Origin: Gammaproteobacteria bacterium
GTDB taxonomy: Bacteria; Pseudomonadota; Gammaproteobacteria; GCA-001735895
Assembly: GCA_052030825.1 (NCBI GenBank)
Contig: JBPEYE010000029.1
Coordinates: forward strand, 1 to 47,099
DNA length: 47,099 nucleotides
Direction of reading: 5' to 3'
Shown: positions 38,248 to 45,210 of the stretch, piece by piece
Layout: each line of letters starts with the position of its first letter
How positions within the stretch are numbered: the stretch's first letter is position 1
Notes under the pieces: model-generated
Database searches by the model: none
Told to the model about the DNA's origin: nothing
Seen by the model: the letters and a program-made list of their open reading frames with translations, nothing else
Made by a program: the position numbers and the translations under genes

Positions 38248-38901
38248 GTGAAGCGGGCGTTCGTCAAGATGGGCGCCCTGCTCGCGCTCAGCATGCCAGG
38301 CAGTCACCACGCAGATCCGTTGATCAGTGAAGATATGTTAGCCCACCTCAACAACCGCTATTCCAGCCAGGCTTACGAACGCGGGCTCGCGGTCAATCGC
38401 CTGCTCGAGCAACTCGAGGGCCGCGATGTCCGGACCCAGCTGGTCGAGGTCAACCGGTTTTTCAATCGCTTTCGCTACCGCGAGGATCATCTTCACTGGG
38501 GACAACAGGACTACTGGGCAACGCCCACCGAGTTCATCGGCACCCACCAGGGGGATTGCGAAGATTTCGTCATCGCCAAGTATTTTGCGCTGCGCAAGAT
38601 CGGCGTACCCGACGAGCGCCTGTACCTGACCTACGTCAAGGCGCTGCGGCAAAACGTCGCGCACATGGTTTTGAGCTACTTTGAAAATCCGAACAGCGTG
38701 CCGTTGATCCTCGATAACTATAATCCCGAGATCCTGCGCGCGACCGAGCGACAGGATCTTCTGCCGGTCTACAGCTTCAATGCCAGATCATTGTTCCTGA
38801 CCAATGCCTCGGCGGGCCTCGGGCGATCGCTGCCCACCGACAAGATCAAGAACAGCAAGTGGCGCAAGCTGCTCGAAGACATTCGCAAGGAACAACCATG
38901 A
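38248..38901 (+). CDS. lapG: LapG-type periplasmic transglutaminase-like cysteine protease (BTLCP, MEROPS C93)
   Basis: GTG start with a signal-like N-terminus. Motifs: YWATPTEFIGTHQGDCEDFVIAKYFALRKIGVPDERLYLTYV (Cys codon 38557-38559), VAHMVLSYF (His), PLILDN (Asp) and LLPVYSFN. Confidence 0.9.
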   Translation: MKRAFVKMGALLALSMPGSHHADPLISEDMLAHLNNRYSSQAYERGLAVNRLLEQLEGRDVRTQLVEVNRFFNRFRYREDHLHWGQQDYWATPTEFIGTHQGDCEDFVIAKYFALRKIGVPDERLYLTYVKALRQNVAHMVLSYFENPNSVPLILDNYNPEILRATERQDLLPVYSFNARSLFLTNASAGLGRSLPTDKIKNSKWRKLLEDIRKEQP

Positions 38902-40823
38902 CCCTGTTCAAACAGATTGCATTACTGGTTTCGATCGTGTTCCTGCTGCTGCTTGCGATCATCGTGGTCAACGATTTGCGGCGCGCGAGCGAATTTCAGC
39001 AGGGCCAGTTGCAAACCACCGCGCAGGACATGGCGACCACGCTCGGCATCGCCATCAGCAACCTGCCACAGGGCAACGACCCGTCAACGCTCGAAGTCCT
39101 GTTCAACGCCGTTTTCGACAGCGGCTATTACACGCGCATCGAACTGGTCGGTACCGACGGCCAGACGATCCACGGCAAGCGCCAGCAAATCGATCTCGAA
39201 CAGGTGCCCGCCTGGTTCGTCGAAACGGTGCCGCTCGACAGTGCCCAGGGTACGACCCGCGTCATGCAGGGCTGGACCCAGCTCGGCGAATTGCGTCTCG
39301 AGTTACACCCGGGTTTCGTTTATCGCGGCCTCTACGAGGGCCTGCTGACGACGCTGCAGAGCTTCGCGTTGCTGTTCGCGGGATCGATACTGGTCCTCTG
39401 GCTGTTGCTGCGTTTCGTGCTCGAACCGCTGCAGCGAGTCAAGGAACAGGCCGATGCAATCCACGCCAACCGCTTCGTTCAACAGGAAAAGATCCCGGCC
39501 ACGGTCGAGCTCAAGCGCGTCGTCGAGGCGATGAACCTGATGGTGACCAAGGTCAAGAGCATCTTCGACGACCAGGAAGCGACGCTGGCGCAGTACCAGC
39601 AAGTACTCTATCGCGACAAGTTGACGAATCTCGGCAACCGCCGTTACCTGCTGGATCAGTTGCAGCAGTCGATGTCCGAGGAATCCGGGCTGCATGGCAG
39701 CATGGCGATCATCAAAATCGGCGATTACGAACACCTGCGCGACCACCAGGGATACGAAATAGCCGACAATCTCGCGCGTATCATCGCCGACTTGTTGCGC
39801 CAGCAGCACGCCGGTATCGAAGCCGAGCGCGCATCGCGCTTCAACGACGACGAGTTCGCTTTTCTGAGCATGGCAGACGAAGTCGCAGTCAGTGACTATA
39901 CGCGCGCCCTGTTCGACGCCTTTGCGGGCCTGGCCGAGCGCGACCCGGCACTTCGCGACGTATCGCTGCATGCCGGAATCTGCACCCTCGAGACCGGGGG
40001 CGAGATCGGCAAGGTGCTCGCCGCTATCGACTACTGCCTGTCGCAAGCCGCGACCCGGGGTCCGTTCGCGATCGAGCGCAAACCGAGCACCGGAATTGAT
40101 CTACCCGAGGGCAAGATGCAGTGGCGCGCCTGGCTCGAGGCGGTGCTCGAATCGAACCAGCTGTTTCTCGTCGGCCAGCTTGCGCTCGGCGACGAAGCTC
40201 GGCCGTACCAGCGCGAACTGTTCGTGCGCGCCCGCAACGCCAAAAACCAGGTGGTGCCCGCATCGGTCTTCATGCCGATGGCAGCGAGTCTCGGCATGTC
40301 GCTGGACATCGACCGCGAGGTTTTTCGCCTGGTCGCGGCCAACAAGACGCTCGACGCCGAAGTGCCGCTGGCAATCAACCTCAGTGCCGCGTTTTTCGAG
40401 CTGGCCGAAGCGCAGGAGGATTTCGACCAGCTCCTGTTCGCCTGCGAACAATCCAATCGCCGGCTCTGCATCGAAGCCAGCCATCCGATCCTGCAGCAGC
40501 ACCCGCTGATGTGCGGCAAGATTTCGGAGCGGGTGCGACGCCACCAGCATCGCTTTGGCATCGACAACCTCGATCTCGGGCTATCGCTGCAGCTGCTGCA
40601 GTCCGGGCAGTTCGACTACGTCAAGATCAATGCGCAGACGCTGCACGCGATGGGCGAGGACGACGCGGCCGCTGGCTTCCAGGCGCTCAAGACGATCACG
40701 GATACGCTGGAGATCGACATCGTGGCGGTCGGCGTCGACTCGCAGGAAGTCTTCGAACGCCTGCGGGCGCTCGGTATCGACATCATGCAGGGTAATTTTC
40801 TCGATTCCCCGGAGCCGATCTAG
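38898..40823 (+). CDS. lapD: LapD-type inner-membrane c-di-GMP receptor (periplasmic LapD_N domain-HAMP-degenerate GGDEF-degenerate EAL)
   Basis: ATG 38898 overlaps the lapG stop (ATGA). TM1 is IALLVSIVFLLLLAIIVV. The periplasmic domain carries GWTQ (39270-39281). TM2 is followed by a HAMP domain. The GGDEF position reads RFNDDEF (39843-39857). The EAL position reads ELF (40215-40223), with IEASH, IDNLDLG and KIN replacing the catalytic EXTE, DDFGTG and KID motifs. Confidence 0.9.
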   Translation: MTLFKQIALLVSIVFLLLLAIIVVNDLRRASEFQQGQLQTTAQDMATTLGIAISNLPQGNDPSTLEVLFNAVFDSGYYTRIELVGTDGQTIHGKRQQIDLEQVPAWFVETVPLDSAQGTTRVMQGWTQLGELRLELHPGFVYRGLYEGLLTTLQSFALLFAGSILVLWLLLRFVLEPLQRVKEQADAIHANRFVQQEKIPATVELKRVVEAMNLMVTKVKSIFDDQEATLAQYQQVLYRDKLTNLGNRRYLLDQLQQSMSEESGLHGSMAIIKIGDYEHLRDHQGYEIADNLARIIADLLRQQHAGIEAERASRFNDDEFAFLSMADEVAVSDYTRALFDAFAGLAERDPALRDVSLHAGICTLETGGEIGKVLAAIDYCLSQAATRGPFAIERKPSTGIDLPEGKMQWRAWLEAVLESNQLFLVGQLALGDEARPYQRELFVRARNAKNQVVPASVFMPMAASLGMSLDIDREVFRLVAANKTLDAEVPLAINLSAAFFELAEAQEDFDQLLFACEQSNRRLCIEASHPILQQHPLMCGKISERVRRHQHRFGIDNLDLGLSLQLLQSGQFDYVKINAQTLHAMGEDDAAAGFQALKTITDTLEIDIVAVGVDSQEVFERLRALGIDIMQGNFLDSPEPI

Positions 40824-40955
40824 CCGAGTTTAAACGCCGAAGATGACTGCCTGTAACTTCAAACTTACGCCATCCGCGCGCGCTCGCATCGCGACCGTTT
40901 GTCACGGCCGCGACGCTCCGCCGCGGATGCGGTTTTTCCTTTCCCGGGTTCCTTC

Positions 40956-43106
40956 ATGATCGATCCGCACCATCAATACGATCCGCTGCTCGAGTGCCTG
41001 GTGATCTTCGCCAAGATCCATAACCGCCCGATCAGCGTCGAAGCCCTGATCGCGGGTCTACCGGTCGAGCCGGGCGCCGACGGACCGGAGCTGTTCAGCA
41101 TCGACAAGCCCAAGGGACTGTTCTCGCGCGTCGCCGCGCGGGCCGGCTTCGCGAGTCGCCTGATTCGGCGTGACCTGAACAGTCTGTCGCGACTGTTGCT
41201 GCCCTGTATCCTCGTCCTGCGCAACGGCAATGCCTGCATCCTCGAAAGTCTCGATCGCAAGCAGCGTCGTGCCAAGGTGATCTTCCCCGAGGTCGGTGAG
41301 GGCGAGGAGTGGCTCGACTTCGAAACGCTCAAGCGCGAGTACCTCGGCTACGCCTTTCTGCTCAAGCGCGAACTGCAGCAGCAAACCCAGAGTCGCGAGC
41401 CGCTGGCGCTCGATTCGAGCCACTGGTTCTGGGGCACGCTGCGCAAATCCCGCGAGATATTCGCCAGCGTGCTGTTGTCGTCGATCCTGATCAACCTGTT
41501 CGTGCTGGCGACGCCGATGTTCACGATGAACGTCTACGACAAGGTCGTGCCCAACGACGCGATCGAAACGCTGTGGGTACTGGCTGCCGGTATCGTCACC
41601 GTATATGCTTTTGACACGGTGCTGCGCTTCGTGCGCAACTACCTGCTCGAGATTGCCGGCAAGAAGAGCGACGTGATCATGTCGTCGCTGCTGTTCTCGC
41701 AGGTACTGAACCTCAAGATGTCGCAATGGCCGCAGAGCGTCGGCGCCTTCGCGAGCCAGCTGCGCGATTTCGAGAGTATCCGCAATTTCTTTACCGCAAC
41801 CACGATGGCGACGCTGGTCGACCTGCCCTTCGCGATTATTTTCCTGTTGGTGATCTACTACATCGGCGGGCCGATGATCGCGGTGCCGCTGATCGTCATC
41901 GCCTTCCTGCTGGCCTACAGCCTGATTCTCGCCAAACCGCTCAAGCAAAGCATCGAGGCAACCTACGAGGCGAGCGCGGCAAAGAACGCTCAGCTGATCG
42001 AAACCCTGCACACGATCAAGACGATCAAGACGCTCGGTGCCGCCAATTACGCGCAATGGGTCTGGGAAGAATCCTCGGGCACGATCGCCGATCGGTCGAT
42101 GCGCGCGCGCACGCTGTCGGCTTCGATCCTGGTGGTCACGAACCTGCTGGTACAGCTCAACACCGTCGGCCTGATCATTTTCGGAATTTACCGCATCAGC
42201 GATCTCGAACTCAGCCTCGGCGGGTTGATCGCCATTGTCATGCTGGCGTCGCGCGCGGTCGCGCCGATGGGCCAGATCGCCGGCCTGATCACGAGCTTCG
42301 AGCAAACCCGCACCGCCTATCGCGCCCTCGACGGCATCATGCAGCAGGAAACCGAGCGGCCGGAGGGCACGTCCTACGTCCGCCGCGCGGCCTTCGAGGG
42401 CGCCATCGAATTCCGCCATGTCGATTTCAGTTATCCCGAGTCGCCGAAAAAATCGCTCGCCGACGTCGGTTTCAGTATCCAGCCCGGAGAACACGTGGGC
42501 ATCATCGGCAAGGTCGGCTCGGGCAAGAGCACGCTGGTCAAGCTCATCATCGGGCTTTACCAGGCTGAAGGCGGTTCGATTTCGATCGACCATATCGACA
42601 TCAACCAGATCGACCCGGCCGACCTGCGCCGTCACGTCGGCTACCTGTCCCAGGATGTCGAGCTGCTGCGCGGCACGATTCGCGACAACCTCGCCTACAA
42701 GGATCTGCACGTCAACGATGAGCGGCTGCTGCAGGCCGCGCGAATCAGCGGCGTCGACCTGTTCGTCAACCGGCTGCCGCAGGGTTTCGACACCCAGATC
42801 GGCGAACAGGGCGCGCTGCTGTCCGGTGGACAGCGCCAGGCGATTGCGCTCGGCCGCGCGGTGTTGCTGAACGAGCCAATCCTGATTCTCGACGAGCCGA
42901 CCAACAGCTTCGACAATACGACGGAATCGGTTGTCAAGCAGCGCCTGTTCGACTATACCCGCGACAAGACCCTGTTGCTGGTCACGCACAAGGCGCCGAT
43001 GCTCGATCTGGTCGAGCGCCTGCTCGTCATCGACGACGGCAAGCTGGTCATGGACGGTCCCAAGGCCGACGTGCTGAACGCGCTCAAAGGTACGCAGAAT
43101 GCATAG
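40956..43106 (+). CDS. lapB: Type I secretion ABC transporter (LapB/LssB-type, N-terminal C39-like domain)
   Basis: ATG 40956 (MIDPHHQYDPLLECLVIFAKIHNRPISVEALIAGLP, a C39-like domain). Six-TM region. Walker A GKVGSGKST, signature LSGGQRQ, Walker B ILILDEPT. Confidence 0.9.
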   Translation: MIDPHHQYDPLLECLVIFAKIHNRPISVEALIAGLPVEPGADGPELFSIDKPKGLFSRVAARAGFASRLIRRDLNSLSRLLLPCILVLRNGNACILESLDRKQRRAKVIFPEVGEGEEWLDFETLKREYLGYAFLLKRELQQQTQSREPLALDSSHWFWGTLRKSREIFASVLLSSILINLFVLATPMFTMNVYDKVVPNDAIETLWVLAAGIVTVYAFDTVLRFVRNYLLEIAGKKSDVIMSSLLFSQVLNLKMSQWPQSVGAFASQLRDFESIRNFFTATTMATLVDLPFAIIFLLVIYYIGGPMIAVPLIVIAFLLAYSLILAKPLKQSIEATYEASAAKNAQLIETLHTIKTIKTLGAANYAQWVWEESSGTIADRSMRARTLSASILVVTNLLVQLNTVGLIIFGIYRISDLELSLGGLIAIVMLASRAVAPMGQIAGLITSFEQTRTAYRALDGIMQQETERPEGTSYVRRAAFEGAIEFRHVDFSYPESPKKSLADVGFSIQPGEHVGIIGKVGSGKSTLVKLIIGLYQAEGGSISIDHIDINQIDPADLRRHVGYLSQDVELLRGTIRDNLAYKDLHVNDERLLQAARISGVDLFVNRLPQGFDTQIGEQGALLSGGQRQAIALGRAVLLNEPILILDEPTNSFDNTTESVVKQRLFDYTRDKTLLLVTHKAPMLDLVERLLVIDDGKLVMDGPKADVLNALKGTQNA

Positions 43107-44469
43107 CGACAACGAAGACCGAACCGACTTCGAAGACACGACGCAGATCGGGGCGCACGGCAAGCAGGATCTCGTTTATATGCGCAGCCTGTCGGCGGCG
43201 GTGGTTCACCGCACGCCGCGTCACCTGATCACCGTCGTCGCGATTCTGGCAATCTTCGTCATCGCGGCGATCGTATGGATGAACTGGGCGAAGATCGATG
43301 TCGTCATCCGGGGCGCCGGCAAGGTCACTCCGGCCAGCCAGGTGCAGAATATCCAGAGTCTCGAGGGTGGCATCGTCGAGGATATCCTCGTCGCCGAGGG
43401 CGAAGTCGTCGACGTCGGTCAACCGCTGCTCAAGATCAGCGACGTCGCCTTTTCGAGCTCGTTCGAGGAAAATCGCCTGCTCTACCTCGAGTTGCTGGCA
43501 CGCGCGAGCCGCCTGAACGCCGAAGCCTTCGACCGTGATTTCGAGCCTCACCCCGAGATACAGCGCGAAGCGCCGGCGCTGCTGCGGTCGGAAAAAAGCC
43601 TCTACGAATCCAATCACCAGCAACTGAAGGAAACGCTCGGCATTCTCGAGGAAAAGATCAACCAGCAGCAGAGCGCGCTGCGCGAGGCGCAGTCGAAGCA
43701 GCGCCAGCTGCGCAGATCGCTCGAACTCGTGCAAAAGGAAATCGAGATCAAGAAGCCGCTGAAGGATCGCGGCATTATCAGCGAAGTCGAGTTTCTGCAA
43801 TTGCAGCAGCGCGAAGCCGAATTCGAGGGCGAGCTCGATGCCGTCAGCCTGTCGATCCCGCGCATCGAGTCGACCATCGAGGAGGCCCGGCTCGCGCGGC
43901 TAAAAGAAAGCCTCGATTTCCAGAACAAGGCGAAAAAAGAGCTCAACGAGGTCAACGCGGAGATTGGTCGTATCCGCGAGGCGCAGACCGCATTGCAGGA
44001 TCGCGTTCGGCGCACGACGCTGCGCTCGCCGGTCAGGGGCGTCGTACAGCGCCTCTACGTCAATACCATCGGCGGCGTCATCAATCCGGGTGGCAATATC
44101 GTCGACATCGTGCCACAGGAAGATTCGCTGCTGGTCGAGGTGCGGATTCAACCGGCTGATATCGGCCACATTCACGTCGGCCAGTTCGCCCGGCTCAAGT
44201 TCTCGGCCTACGATTTCGCGATCCACGGCAGTCTGCAGGGTATCGTCACCTTCGTCAGCGCCGATACCATTACCAACGAAGACGGCGAGAGCTACTTTCT
44301 CGTGCGCGTCAAGCCCAACCGGCTCTATCTCGGCAGCCAGTCCGACGAATTGCCGATCAGGGTCGGCATGACCGCCGAGGCCGACATCATCACCGATAAG
44401 AAAACCATCCTGTCCTATCTCACCGAGCCGGTTCATCGCGGCATCGACAAGGCCCTGCGGGAACGCTGA
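43099..44469 (+). CDS. lapC: HlyD-family type I secretion periplasmic adaptor (LapC-like)
   Basis: 456 aa; overlaps lapB by 8 nt. N-terminal TM helix LITVVAILAIFVIAAIVW, a long coiled coil (QQLKETLGILEEKINQQQSALREAQSKQRQLRRSLELVQKE...), and the C-terminal motif PIRVGMTAEADIITDKKTILSYL. Confidence 0.9.
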   Translation: MHSDNEDRTDFEDTTQIGAHGKQDLVYMRSLSAAVVHRTPRHLITVVAILAIFVIAAIVWMNWAKIDVVIRGAGKVTPASQVQNIQSLEGGIVEDILVAEGEVVDVGQPLLKISDVAFSSSFEENRLLYLELLARASRLNAEAFDRDFEPHPEIQREAPALLRSEKSLYESNHQQLKETLGILEEKINQQQSALREAQSKQRQLRRSLELVQKEIEIKKPLKDRGIISEVEFLQLQQREAEFEGELDAVSLSIPRIESTIEEARLARLKESLDFQNKAKKELNEVNAEIGRIREAQTALQDRVRRTTLRSPVRGVVQRLYVNTIGGVINPGGNIVDIVPQEDSLLVEVRIQPADIGHIHVGQFARLKFSAYDFAIHGSLQGIVTFVSADTITNEDGESYFLVRVKPNRLYLGSQSDELPIRVGMTAEADIITDKKTILSYLTEPVHRGIDKALRER

Positions 44470-45071
44470 TGCGGCTGGTCGTCTACACCGCCCTCCCCGA
44501 CTTCGAGCGCTTCCTCGGCGATCATCTCGATTTGCCGTTCGATTCGCATCCGCAGCTCGGGTCGCCGGACGAAGATCCCGGGTGCATTCACCTGTTACAC
44601 CTGTCAGGCATGGCCGATGCCTGCTACGAGTGGATGCAGCAATACCTTCCCGGCCAGCCGACCCGGGTCGCGCTCTGCTCGGACCGACCCAACCTGCAGG
44701 AAATGCTCGAAGGCGTGCGTCTCGGTGCTCGCGCTTACTGCAACAGCTACATGGCGGCAAACCACTATTACCAGATGCTGCAACTCGTCGAAAGCGGTCA
44801 AAGCTGGTTTCCACCGCAACTGCTCGAGCAAACCTTTGTGCTCGCCCGGCAGGCGGCCGCACGCCCGAAATTCGACCTCAACGCCCTCGCGGACCTGACC
44901 GCTCGCGAGCGTGAAATCGCGCTCGCGGTCGGCGACGGCAAGTCGAATCGCGAGATCGCACAGCAGTTCGAAATCACCGAGCCGACGGTCAAGACGCACC
45001 TCGGTAACATCTTCCGTAAACTCGATCTCAAGGACCGGATCGGTCTCGTTTTGCTGCTCAAACAGAGCTGA
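44469..45071 (+). CDS. LuxR/CsgD/VpsT-family transcription regulator with a pseudo-receiver N-terminal domain
   Basis: The ATG overlaps the lapC TGA by 1 nt. C-terminal HTH: LTAREREIALAVGDGKSNREIAQQFEITEPTVKTHLGNIFRKLDL. The N-terminal domain is collinear with REC but lacks the acidic pair (VVYTAL). His44 sits at the phospho-Asp position (IHLLHLSGM) and there is no conserved Lys (AYCNSYM). Confidence 0.8.
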   Translation: MRLVVYTALPDFERFLGDHLDLPFDSHPQLGSPDEDPGCIHLLHLSGMADACYEWMQQYLPGQPTRVALCSDRPNLQEMLEGVRLGARAYCNSYMAANHYYQMLQLVESGQSWFPPQLLEQTFVLARQAAARPKFDLNALADLTAREREIALAVGDGKSNREIAQQFEITEPTVKTHLGNIFRKLDLKDRIGLVLLLKQS

Positions 45072-45158
45072 AATGCGAACCATTTCCGGTGTCGATGTGA
45101 CCCGGATCTCAAAGCGCTGAAAAACCCGATTTCGTCTACGACCATGGTATGAGACACC

Positions 45159-45197
45159 GGTCCGAATTCTGACCTATATAAGCGGTTCGAATTCGAA
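45159..45197. promoter_or_regulatory. Two GAATTC-centred palindromes flanking a TATATAA box upstream of the adhesin gene
   Basis: GGTCCGAATTCTGACC (45159-45174, 14 of 16 positions symmetric), then TATATAAG, then TTCGAATTCGAA (45186-45197, a perfect 12-bp palindrome). The region ends 13 nt before the ATG at 45211. Confidence 0.3.
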
Positions 45198-45210
45198 AAT
45201 TGGCGCGATC

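Noticed and set aside
45183-45199. GGTTCGAAT, which resembles the tRNA T-loop consensus, in the luxR-lapA spacer
   Set aside because: The flanking bases cannot form a T-arm (AGCGG versus TCGAA). No acceptor, anticodon or D arms can be drawn in the 139-bp spacer. It is better explained as a palindromic operator candidate.
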